In this document: positions 49,801 through 60,602 of the stretch, piece by piece | Position numbering within the stretch: the stretch's first letter is position 1 | Layout of the letters: each line of letters starts with the position of its first letter | Assembly: GCA_036172245.1 (NCBI GenBank) | Contig: JAYWIR010000105.1 | Location: 1 to 64,000, forward strand | Direction of reading: 5' to 3' | Source: Raillietiella orientalis | Taxonomy: Eukaryota | DNA length: 64,000 nucleotides | Program-made: the position numbers and the translations under genes | Notes under the pieces: model-generated | What the model was told of the DNA's origin: nothing | Databases searched by the model: none | What the model saw: only the letters and a program-made list of their open reading frames with translations

Positions 49801-50443
49801 ACTGTATCTTACCTCGCCTGCCCACGCGACAGCGCAGGTGATCGTCGAGGAAGACGTGGTCCACGCTCCGTTCCATCCCGGTATCCCCGGCTAACAAGTT
49901 GGATGCGTGCACCGCAGCGCACATCTCGTTAACCGAGGTGGCCTCTGTCCTCGCCGCACCTGATAGCAGGCGAATATTAAAATCGCCGGCTATCAGGTGC
50001 GCCGTGCGCGTGCCTGCTTCCGACAGCCAGTCGCGCTTCAACGCACGGAAAAACGCCGTCCGTGCCACGCGCGCGTGACCGCCGCTCGGCGCGTACACGT
50101 TCGTGACGACGAGATTGATGGAGTCGGACCACCTGAAGGTGGTTTGCCCGACCCGACCTGCCTCATCGAAACGAACTTTCCGCACCGCGCGTTGTAAGGC
50201 AGGCTTCTGAAGGAAAGCGACCCCGCGCGTACGGCGGTGGCCGCATCGCCACATAAGCTGACCACCTGCTATCCGTTCGATCTCCCGCGCATGTTCTGCG
50301 GAAATCTCATGGATCTCCTGCAGCAGCACGAGGTCGAAGGCTTGCAAGGTGGCAGCTATGTCTCGTCTCCTGCCGTCATCGCAAAGCCCGTTGACGTTCC
50401 AGCTGGCGATGCGTATTTGACGGCAGGTGGCGAGTCCCGGCAT
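46856..50443 (-). pseudogene. D ORF2 APE-RT-C-terminal domain, frameshifts near 49200 and 47780
   Basis: 437, 451 and 296-aa ORFs with WNVNG, GDFN, SDH, DLRKAFD, AYADD. Confidence 0.9.
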
Positions 50444-52044
50444 TACTGCTGGGAAAGTGATGCTGCGTCTCCCGCCTCACCTAGGGGCGGGACGCCGGCT
50501 TTCTCCTGTGCGGTGGGGGGCGGCTCGACGACCCCCTCCGTCTCCATCGGCTCCGTCTCGACCGATCGTGGGAGTTCAGAACTCGTGTCCATCTCTCCCA
50601 CGCTCGCCGCACCCTCGTTTCCGGAGGATTCCCCTTCCTCGGAGGAGACGATCCTTCTCGGGTTACGGATTTTCCTTCCGGTCTTCCTCGGGGGTGCAGA
50701 TGCTGATGGTGCGTGTCCGGTCTCCGGGTCCGAGTCCGAGGTCCCGGTCCCCCTCCTCTCGGCCAAACGTCGAACGGCCTTCTTCCCGACCTTTGCGGGA
50801 GGCTGCTGACTGACGGCGAGCTCGGCGGCGGCTTTTGCAATGCCCGCGTCATCGCGGCTCTCCCCCTCGCCGCAGCCCTCGGACGCTGTTTGCACAGCGA
50901 CGGGGCTGTCAGCGTTGTTGCACACGGCAACGTCCTGTTCGCACGGCACTTCGGCGTCTGCAAGGCGCTCCAGTGCGACCGTGCATTTATTCAGTCCCTG
51001 CTTTTTCGCGGGTTTCGCGGTTTTTGCAGGGACTTTATTTTTATTATTTACGTCCTTTTTTTCTTTGTTTTTCTTTGGACTGACCTTTTGCCAGCCAGGC
51101 ACTCCTCCTTCCACCTCGGTTGCCTGCGTTTCTGCTGACGGGGTGGTCGGGATGTTCTTTTTGGCTGGCTCCGGGTCAACCGTATTTTCAGACGGCGGCC
51201 TGGTCTTGCCAGGCTTCTTGCTCGCGTTCGTGCCGCTCACGGCAGCAGCCGGCGCGCGCGAAGTCTTTTTGGGGCACACTTCTTCAGTGTGCCCGATTGC
51301 TTCGCACTTGCTGCAGGTGATGTTGGGGCAGCGTTTCTTCACGTGCCCCGTACCATCACAAAACGCACAGTATTTGGGTTTCCCCAGATACCAGATGTCG
51401 ACAGAATCTCCGTCGACTACTAGTTTATGAAGAACCCCAATGTCCTTATTCACAGTCACACGTGCCGCGGCGAGTCCGCTCAGGAGTCCGTCATAAGTAC
51501 GCAACCTGTTGGGCTTCAGCCACAGCGCGCGTAAGGTGCCGAATTTGCTGAGTTCAGCCCTAACGGCGCTCGGTGACATCCGCACGGTGATTCCACGAAG
51601 GTGGACAACTATTGAGTTGTCCACCGGGACAGGAAAGATCTGGCGGCCCTCGACCCTGACGGGGGTTCGCAGCAGTCTTTGCGCCAACCCTGCTTCTTTG
51701 CAGGTCAACTCGACATGCTGTCCCCCGCTGCGGATGGAGAGACCCAGCAGATCCTCCTTGTTAACGTTCAACCGGTGGAGCTCCTTCTCGGAGGAGCGCG
51801 CCACACGGTCATCAAACACCCGGCCTACCTTATACAGCAGACTCGGGTTGTAGTTGTAGGCCTTGTAGGCCTGGGCCTCGGCGATGGCCGCTGCAGATGG
51901 CGCGGCGACCGCGGCGCTGTATTCCCTCGCCGGCGCGGGGGACGAAGCTTTCGGGGCAGGTGCCCCTATCTCCATGGGTACGGGGGACGTTCGCCCGGCC
52001 CCCACCCCACATTCACTAGTGGCGGGATCAGGCATTTCTGCCAT
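50443..52044 (-). CDS. D ORF1, intact, two CCHC knuckles
   Basis: CAFCDGTGHVKKRC and CSKCEAIGHTEEVC; ATG at 52044 (MAEMPD); TAATG overlap with ORF2. Confidence 0.87.
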   Translation of the reverse strand: MAEMPDPATSECGVGAGRTSPVPMEIGAPAPKASSPAPAREYSAAVAAPSAAAIAEAQAYKAYNYNPSLLYKVGRVFDDRVARSSEKELHRLNVNKEDLLGLSIRSGGQHVELTCKEAGLAQRLLRTPVRVEGRQIFPVPVDNSIVVHLRGITVRMSPSAVRAELSKFGTLRALWLKPNRLRTYDGLLSGLAAARVTVNKDIGVLHKLVVDGDSVDIWYLGKPKYCAFCDGTGHVKKRCPNITCSKCEAIGHTEEVCPKKTSRAPAAAVSGTNASKKPGKTRPPSENTVDPEPAKKNIPTTPSAETQATEVEGGVPGWQKVSPKKNKEKKDVNNKNKVPAKTAKPAKKQGLNKCTVALERLADAEVPCEQDVAVCNNADSPVAVQTASEGCGEGESRDDAGIAKAAAELAVSQQPPAKVGKKAVRRLAERRGTGTSDSDPETGHAPSASAPPRKTGRKIRNPRRIVSSEEGESSGNEGAASVGEMDTSSELPRSVETEPMETEGVVEPPPTAQEKAGVPPLGEAGDAASLSQQ

Positions 52045-52797
52045 CCCCCGACCACTGATGCACCGCACTACACCAATAAAGTCGAGCGAGTCAGGAGCGC
52101 GCAGAAAACACCTCTGACCGTCGGCGCGGCTGGTGTTGCATTGGGAGCTTCCTTGCAGCGCCCGCCGACACCACTGGACGCGGGTGGGTGTCAACCCTAA
52201 TTGTGTCAGGTGCGGGGAGAGGGAATACCTCCCCCACCTGTTAGTAAATTGTGTTGCCCTCCGTCCCATGTGGGAACGCTTTGCCGCAGCCCTGAAGATC
52301 CCCGGAGGCAACCCCAGAGACGCTTTGCGCCCCCTCTTCGTCCGTGACGCCCTGCCTTTAGCGGCCTCCCTTGAAGCCCTCTGCTGCCTACGCGGAATCG
52401 TCGTGGCATGGAGCAAAGCGACGGGAGGATCCAGCGACAGGGATGCCAACGTGTATGCCGCCCGTTTCCTCAGGATGGCGACAAGATGGCCCCATCTGGA
52501 ACCACACAAGCAGAAACAGCTTGCCGGCATCCTCCAGAGGATGACGGACCCTCCCAGCAGACTGTGATCCCTTCCCGCTCCCTCCCTGATTTTTGTTTAT
52601 TTTTTGTTTTCTTTTTGTTTCGTTCCCCCTCCCCTCTGCTGCCGAGGTCGACCGCGCCGGTCTGCGCACCAGTAGCCCGGCAAGCTATATCTTTCCAGGG
52701 CGTGGCTGGACTACTGGTCCAGTCACAGATTGTATAGGTTTATTCGTGAGAATAAACGTCCCGGCGCACCCGGGTTTCAATGGAGATTCCGGAGCGT

Positions 52798-53583
52798 GAC
52801 GCCTCTCAGGTATTCGCGAAGGTGTTCCTTCGCACCTGAGAGTCGCGTCCAGTCCCCCGGCAGACGCCAGTCCCTGGATGGCGGTCATTTGTCGCGAGGC
52901 CGCATCTCGAAAATTAATCGGGAATGGTCCGACAACGTTGACGCAACCCTCCCCCGTTTGCCGACCCGTGAACACAGGTCAGCTTGGAGGAAGTCGTGGT
53001 CGATGCTGCGGACCATTCCCCTCTCACCCGCGAAAAAGTTGCGCGCACGCATGGCGGCGCACAACTCGTTCATCGCGTTCACTTGTGTTTCCGGCTCACC
53101 TGTTAGCAGGCGGAGATTGAAATCTCCCGCTATCAGGTGAGCCTTCCGCACGCTCGTGTTCGCCAGCCAGACGCGGTTCAGGGATTCAAGCAGCCTGGTA
53201 CGGTTGCTGTATCCCTTTTGACCGGTTGGGGCGTACACATTCGTGACGATCAGATCGATCGAGTCGGACCAGCCGAGAGTCAGCTGACCGACCCGACCGT
53301 CGTCATCGAAGCGCACGCCCTTCACGGCAGCGTAGATGGCCGGCTTCACGAAGAACGCGACCCCGCAGCTGTTGCGGATGCCGCATTGCCAGTACAGCCG
53401 ACCCCCCGCGATCGTCTCGATCTCCTGGACGTCTGCCGCGGCGATCACGTGGATCTCCTGCAACAGGGCCAGGTCGAACTCCCGCAGGGTGTCGGCTGTA
53501 TCTCGCCTGTTCCCGTCGTAGCGCAGCCCGTTGACATTCCAACAGGCCGCGCGAATCCGACGGCGACTGGCGAGCCCAGGTGT
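52798..53583 (-). pseudogene. A4 ORF2 5' part: APE with an unoccupied GDFN site
   Basis: WNVNG, LQEIH, HLIAGDFNLRLL, LSDHSRL. Confidence 0.9.
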
Positions 53584-55334
53584 TAATCCTGGGAAGATGG
53601 CAGTGTGGCTTCCGCCACCTGCTAGGGCGGGACGCTAGGTGGAGGAGGGGGGTCAGGTGCTGAAGGCACCTGGTCCCCCTCCTCCATCGGTGCCGGCGCG
53701 TCGGCCGGATCACCCGCAGGTGGAGTCGCGCCTACCTGTTCGCCCTCCTCCATGAAGTCGGGCTGTTCAGTGTCGGCGCCTGCAGGGGGGACTTCACCCC
53801 CCTGTTCACCCTCCTCCATGGGGGTGGCCGCATCGACGGCTTCCGAGCGTGGGAATTCCTCCTCCGAATTTCCCACGCTGGCGACAGCTTCCGACTTCTC
53901 CTCCTCGCTGGTGGAGGGGAGGCGCCTCCTGGGCATCTGGGAATTGCGTCCCGACTTCCTGGGGGGTGCCTCCGAGGAGGAGGATGTACTTCCGGACCCC
54001 AGGTCTTACTCACCTGTGGGGGCCTTCCTCGCCGGAGCCGGCCTTCGCACGGCCTTGCGCGAGGGGTTCTCACGCTCGACCAGCGTGACCGCGAGCTCCT
54101 CCGCCGCCTGCGCGAACGCGGCGTCCGCGACTTCGACCGCCGCTTTGTCGCGCGGCTCACCCTCTGTGTAAACAGAGGGTTCGCCTTCGCGACCCTCGGG
54201 TGCAGTGGAAACGGCAAGGCGGGGATCGACGCTCCGGGTGGCAATCTCCGGAACGACTATTCGTTCCAGTGCCACCGTGCACTCGCGCAGAGTTTTCGAG
54301 CGCGGACCGGGTTTTTTCAGCTTACCGGCCGTCTTGCGTTCTTTGCTCTCCGCGGGTGGGAGTTTCCTTGGCTTTCTGGCCTCTACAAGCTGCCATCCCT
54401 CTTCGCCTTCCACCGTTTCAGAAGGTTTATCCTCCTGCTTACGCTCCGGATGTTGAGGTCTTGGCAGCTTGTGCTGGCCCTTTTTTACTTTAGGTCTAGA
54501 GACCTTTGAAGCACGTTTCCCCTGCGCTTTTTTTGCGGCAGGGGGAACCGGGGTGGGGCGTTTGGGGCACACGCGCCGATCGTGGCCCCGCTCTCCGCAC
54601 AAATGGCATTGTATATTGGGACACTCTTTACGTAGGTGTCCCACGGTATCACAATGCCTGCAATACAGGGGCTTCCCTACATACCACAGGTCGACGTTTT
54701 CTTGCGCCACCTGTAGTTTGTGGGGAAGCCAACATTTCTCCCTTACGGTGACCCGCGCTGCAGCCTGCCCACCAAAAAGGCTATCGAAGCCGTCGAAAAT
54801 GGACGGTTTCGGCCACAGTGCGTGCACCTCACCGTACTTCCGTAATTCCTTACCAACCGCTGACCGCGTCATGCGGCTGGTGATGCCAGTCATGTAAACC
54901 ACCACGGAGCGGTCCATTGATACTGGCAGCATCTTGCGGCCGTCTACGTTCAGCGGCGCATGGATTAGGCGGTGAGCCAAGGTGACATCTTTGCAGACCA
55001 CCTCGACCCGCTGCCCGCCGCTGAGGACGCAGAGGCCGTTCAGATCCTTCTCATTGACATTCGCGACCTTCAACGCTTTGCTGAAGGCGCGCGCTGTCCG
55101 GATGTCGAACAAGTTGCCTACCTGGTAGACAAGCGATGGCTTGTATCCGGAGGCCTTGTATGCGGCCATCTCCGCCATGGCTTCTGCGCTGGGCGGGGCC
55201 ATTATGGCGCTCCATGTCCTCGGCGTGGCCGGGGATGATTCCGGGGCGGCTGCCCCTCCTCCAGTAGGCTGTGGGGGCGAACTAGCCTTCCCCACTTCAA
55301 CCTCCATCGCGGTGTCCTCTGGCGTCGTGGCCAT
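53583..55334 (-). pseudogene. A4 ORF1, nonsense codons near 54006 and 53622
   Basis: CRHCDTVGHLRKEC and CHLCGERGHDRRVC. Confidence 0.87.
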
Positions 55335-55436
55335 TGGACACCGACAATGTACACAAAACACCACACACAAGAAAGCGCTTTCCTACTACCCTTTGAGGAG
55401 TGAAGGAAAAACACGTCCTCCAACTGGCCTGGGATT

Positions 55437-56727
55437 GGGCTGGCTGCGACGATGCAGCCGGCTCCTCCGCGGCACGCTCCAAGGCGGCGTCAACGATCAC
55501 GTTCTCGATGACAGACGCTTCCGCCGGTTCGCTCCCTACGCTGTTGACATTTTCAACAGTGGGTTGCTCGTCGGTAGCCGCGAATTCTACCTTGCGGCGT
55601 TCTGCTGGAACGCGTTTCACGACGACGCTGCATTCTTTTAAGTTCTCGCTAACCTGCTGTTTTTTATTTTGGTAGGCGAGCTTTTTTTCAATTCGTCGTT
55701 CTTTCTTCGACTTTCTCTTTTTCGCTGTGGCTTCCTGCCATTCCATCAACTGAGTGCTTTCGTCGATCATTCCAGCATTCGTTGCCGGGGTGTCGGCTGC
55801 GGCCTGGACCACGGATGTGGGTGTCACAGCTTGAACGGCAGCCTTCGCCGCCAGCCCTTTCTGTGGCAGCCGCGCGCGTTTTTTTAGGTTCCTCGCGGAA
55901 ACCACGCGCACAACGGATTGTGGACACACTTCCTTCCTGTGGCCCATTGTCCCGCATACCAGGCACTGTACGTTGGGGCACCTCCTTTTCAGGTGTCCCG
56001 ACGTGCTGCAGAAGCCACAGTATTTGGGCTTCCCCACGTACCAGAGGTCGACGCTTTCTGCGCTGACCACCAGTTTCTGGTGAAGGGTAGAGCCCTCCCG
56101 AACGGTTACACGGTCAGCCGTGAGGCCGCACTGAACTATGGTATAGTCCTCGAAAGGACTTGGCTTGGTCCATACTGCATGGACCGTGCCTTCTTTTCCC
56201 AATGCGGCGCGTAACTGTTCTTTTGGCATCCGCGTGGTAACTCCTAAATGATGGACCACCATACTGTGGTTCGCCGTAATGGGAAGGAGCCTGCGTGTCC
56301 CCATCACCAGAAGAGTTGTGAGCAGACGTTGGGGCAGATCTGCGTATTTGCAGATCACCTGTACGTACTGATTCCTGCTACGAATGGTCATAGCGCAGAG
56401 CTTCTTCTCTTTAACATCGAGATCGCGCATCCCCTTCGAAAAGGCGCGCGCACTCTCGAGAGAATACAAATTTCCTTCCTTGTAGAATAGTGCTGGGTTA
56501 TACCCCTCTTCTACATAGGCAGATAATTCCGCCGCGGCAGCAGCTGATGGTTCCGACACGACGGCGCTATACGCCCGCGCTGCAGCGGGGACCGGTTTTG
56601 TGATGGCGGACGCCCCCACCTCCTTCGCCACTAAAGGCGACGTTGCCGCCGCCACCTGGCACTCCAACTTTTCTAGAATGGACGTTGCCGCCGCCACCTG
56701 GCACGCACTGGTGGTCGTGTCAGGCAT
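55437..56727 (-). pseudogene. E ORF1 5' part, interrupted by A4
   Basis: CGFCSTSGHLKRRC and CLVCGTMGHRKEVC; related to C ORF1. Confidence 0.87.
56639..56704. repeat. 24-bp perfect direct repeat in the E ORF1 N-terminus
   Basis: GACGTTGCCGCCGCCACCTGGCAC at 56639-62 and 56681-704 (CQVAAATS twice). Confidence 0.85.
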
Positions 56728-56835
56728 TGCTGAATGATCGAACACCACCACACACGAAGCCTACACGTAGGAACGGTTCCCGGCACGAGGAGCACCAAGA
56801 AAACACGTCCGCTCTAACTGAGGTAAAGCGTTCGA

Positions 56836-59800
56836 TTCTCACCCGGATTTCTCCGGGTCTTTTTTTAAAAAAATAAACATTATAAAGTAATTATTAATGG
56901 CTGTGGCAATGCTCCAGCCAGAAGCTAAGAACCACGGAGCCTGCCAATTCACCGGTTTCTAGACCGGTGCGGTCCACCAAGGCAGCAGGGGAAAGGGGAA
57001 AAACAAAAAAACTAAACAAAAAGACACAAAGGGTGGGAGGGAACGGGAAGGGATTACTGATGCTGCTGGGGCCGCATCATCACCCTCAGGATGCTCACAA
57101 GCTCTTGTTTGTTATGAACATCAAGGTGGGGCCATCGAGACGCCCTCCTCAGGAATTGGGAGGCGCACTGGATGGCGTTCTCATCACTAGGTCCTCCCGT
57201 CGCCGTGCTCCAGACGGCGACAATCCCACGGAGGCAGCACAAGGCTGCTATCGAGGACGCTGGCCGCTGGGCGTCGGCAACGAAGAAGGCTTTTAGTGCG
57301 TCCCTGGGGTTGTCGCAAGGGATACCGATGGCCGCGGCAAAGCGGAACCAAAGGGGTTGAAGGGCAACACAATTTACTAGGAGTTGGGGAAGGGATTCCC
57401 GTTCCCCGCTCCTTACACAATTGGGATCCACCGCTCCCCAGGTCCAGTGGTGTCGACGGGCGTTGCAGGGGAGTCCCCAGTGCTGCAACAGGAATGCCCA
57501 CTCTTGCCAGTTTAGGGGGAGGATGGAAGTGTTCATAAGAATCGGGGGCCACTTCAGATGTTCAATCGGAACATCTAGCAGCGCTCCCCAGCGCAGAAGT
57601 CCATTAGAAGGCGTACTCGGGGTCGCAGCATCAGTTAGCTGGCCCGTCTTATACTCTCTCTGCTTCTTCTCCTTCCCGCAGATTTTTATTGTAACCTCCC
57701 ACTTCGCCGCAACATCGCTGTCCTGATGTACCACTAGGGAGTCCGGCGCAGCAGCGAGGGGGGTTCTTCCTGACCACGCTCTCTTCTTAGGATCCTCCAG
57801 GATCTCACGGAGCGTGCAACTTCTGTAACACCCAAACAGGAACCTTCGTTCCTGATGGGAGGGTTGCATGCCGAACTGTCCCCACGTGCGAACAGTTTCC
57901 TGCAACCAAACACTACCGTTCGCAGGGAGACAGGTGATCCATCCTTGATTTTTCCTTGCCAGCGCAACTACCCTACGTAGCTGAAGCCCACATCGATTGA
58001 TGCGGCTTCGATGGAGTGCAAGAAACGACGTAAGTCCCGTCTTGCCGGTGGCTTGCTGAAGGAGGAGACGTGCAGGGACGCACCAACAGGTGCACCACAA
58101 CTCCGGCACAAGTGCCAAAATCCGGAACTGCAGCTGCATCTCCAGCTGCTCCAATGTCAGGAGGCCGAGACCACCGTCCCGAAGCGGAGCGCACAAGTCC
58201 TTCAAGCGGACTCGGACCCTCCCGTTGCTCTAAAGAACGATACGGAGGAGGTCCTTCGTCCGCTTTTTGATCCTCTCTGTGGGGGTACAAACGAAAAGCA
58301 GCGAACGGAGGAGAGGAGCTGCGAACATGTTCCAAACCGCGGCCCGTTCAGGCAGGAAAAACCTGCCGCCTCGGAACGGGCTGATAGCCGTTTCTACTTT
58401 TTGAAGGCAGCCGGACCACGCTTCCGCAGGGGAGTAGTCCCCCAACGGCACATAAAGGTACTTGAAGTACCTCAACGTGGGGATCCCCAAACGGACCCAG
58501 TCCTGCTGCTCTGCCCACGCCGCACCAACTGGCATCACGGACGACTTCACCCTGTTCACCGTAAGCCCGGTTCCTCGATTCAGCAGGTCGAAGAACTTCT
58601 CCACCGCCGAAGCCGAGGTGGACATAGGGAGCAGTAGCAGGAGGTCGTACGCATATGCTGAAACCGCAAACGTTCCGGCGCATTCATGCGGCAGGTGCGC
58701 CAGAGTTTCCCTGTACGCTTTCAGTACCAACTCAAAGTAGGTACTGAAGAGCAAGGGGCTCAGGCTGTCTCCCTGCCGTATCCCACGTCGCACCGGCACG
58801 CCGTGAACAGTCTGCCCGCTGAAAGTAAGATTGATTAGCGAATAGCGCCAGCTGGAGCGCAGATAGGCCAATAATGAGGCCGGGAAGCGCAAGCGTTCCA
58901 AAAGCTCCAGCAGGAGATTCTGGTCGACGCTGTGGAATGCTTTACGCAAGTCGACAGCGACCGCAAGTGCTCGTTCCCCCATCCGACCATCCCTTGCATG
59001 ACTGACGGAATCACCGGAATACCCGGTGCGCATCAAGCCCCTTTCGTGTTGGAGCTCTAGCCAGGTGAAAGCGTGGAAAAGGTTCGCCTCCATGCTTCGC
59101 CCCGGAACAGCATACGTCTGTTCCGAGCTGATGAAGGCGTTTGCAACCCGTTCCAAACGCTCAGCCCAAACCTTAGCTATCAACTTGGCATCCGCATTCA
59201 CTATTGTGATGGGACGCCAGTTGTTCATGCTCCTCAGATCCCCTCCCTTAGGGAGAAGCCGAACCTTTGCCGCACGAAACGAGGCGGGAACGTCACCTGT
59301 CTCGCGTATCAACAAGGTGAGTTGATGTACCGGGGGAGTAAGCTCAGCCGCGAAAGTTTGATAAAACTCCGCGGACAGGCCGTCCTCCCCTGGAGCCTTT
59401 CGCCTCTTGAGCTTTCCGATGGCCGAGATGATCTCGCCCATCGTGAAAGACTCGTCGAGGGACTTTTTCTCTTCTTCCCCGATCGAAAGAGCGCCTTCCG
59501 GAAGCAGGAGTCGTGAGACGTTCCTCTCCGGAAGTGCCCTGGCATACAGGGAGGAGTAAAAACGCCGCAGCAGACCGCGGATCTGAGCGGGTGCCGAATG
59601 CTCCTGGCCCTGATCGTCCAGCAAGCTGGCCGATCCTGACTGCCAGGTTTGCCTCTCGGCTCTCGCTTTGTATTCCGCCAGCCTGCGGATGTCGGGGGTC
59701 CTGGTGTAACGGCGAGCCTGTAGATAGGCTCGTTCGTTACGTACCCCGTCCCCAAATCCCGCAGGTGAGCGGTGCCGAGGGAACTGGTCGCAGAACTCCA

Positions 59801-60488
59801 GGACCGACCTTTTGAAGAGGTCCCAATCCTGAAGTGTCTGCATCGTAAAGCTCCGTATAAACGTACGGAGATGTTACGTCGCGTCCGGGAGCTTCAGCCA
59901 GTCCCCTGGCAAACGCCACGCTGACGAGGGGGGGCCCCTGTCACGCGGATGGATTTCAATCACGATTGGTCCATGGTCGGACAACTCGCACGGCAACTTC
60001 TAGAGCCTGCCCACACGAGTGCACAGGTGGTCGTCAAGGAACACGTGATCGATGTTGTCCTCCATCCCTGGTACACTGGCCAACAAATTACAAGTGTGCA
60101 CCGCCGCGAACACTTCGTTGACCAGGTCACGCTCGTGATTCGGCACATCCGGTTTCAGACGAACGTTAAAATCGCTTGCAACCAGATGGGCATTCCGCAC
60201 GCCTGCCTCGGTCAACCAGTCGCGATGGAGGGCAAGGAAAAATTCTTTCCTGGCCCTCCTGTTCGTCAGGTCCGCTCCGCTCGGGGCGTAAACGTTCGTA
60301 ACGATCAGGTCGATCGAGTCGGCCAGCTGAGAGTCAGCTGGCCGACACGACCGTGATCGTCGAACCGAACTTCACGGGCGGCGGCCTCGATGGCGGGCTG
60401 AAGCAGGTAGGCGGAACCACAACTTCTCGATGTTCCACACCGGTACCACAGCCGCCCTCCGTAGATGCGTTCGATCTCTTGCGCTCGT
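56836..60488 (-). mobile_element. LINE copy F: ORF2 (APE to CCHC, 60488-57054, disrupted) and 3' UTR; 5' part displaced beyond G
   Basis: ASDFN, DLRKAFH, GIRQGD, AYAYD (mutated YADD); 3' hairpin ACCCGGA-GAAA-TCCGGGT. Confidence 0.9.
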
Positions 60489-60602
60489 ACAGTGCAGACG
60501 TGTTTCCGCGTCTTTCCGCGCCAACGATCGGGCAACTTTGTGCCTGCGTTTTTGCTCGCACTTGTGTGTTCCTGTGCAATCTGCCAAGTAGCATAGTGCA
60601 AC

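Larger units (their letters stand above)
46632..52116 (-). mobile_element. Full-length LINE copy D (~5.5 kb), degenerate ~15-bp TSD
   Basis: Flanks ACTGTCGGTACTGCT (46617-31) / ACCGTCGGCGCGGCT (52117-31); empty site in C1 near 9338-9353; AATAAA-hairpin 3' end. Confidence 0.88.
41765..52780 (+). mobile_element. Full-length LINE copy C2 containing nested D; 17-bp TSD
   Basis: TSD TGGAGATTCCTGAACGT (41748-64) / TGGAGATTCCGGAGCGT (52781-97); same site as C1. Confidence 0.93.
38746..55426 (-). mobile_element. Full-length LINE copy A4 containing C2 and D; degenerate 10-bp TSD
   Basis: 5' CAGTTGGAGGACGTG at 55426; 3' AATAAA-CCCGGGCGTACCCGGG-TGTAAA at 38746. Flanks GCCTTGGAGG (38736-45) / GCCTGGGATT (55427-36). 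Confidence 0.9.
38334..56820 (-). mobile_element. LINE copy E: 5' UTR and ORF1 split by A4; ORF2 deleted after ~10 codons
   Basis: 5' CAGTTAGAGCGGACGTG at 56820. ORF1 runs 56727-55437 and resumes at 38745 (PPKAGKKAVRR...) to TAATG at 38365-38361. Confidence 0.85.

Noticed and set aside
50443..52530. 695-aa version of D ORF1
   Set aside because: The first ~140 codons are antisense C2 outside D's boundary at 52116; the real start is near 52044.
56821..56835. Spacer as a copy of the APE EIERIY site near 60465
   Set aside because: Only an ~8-nt match there; the KAFD codons match better (12/13).
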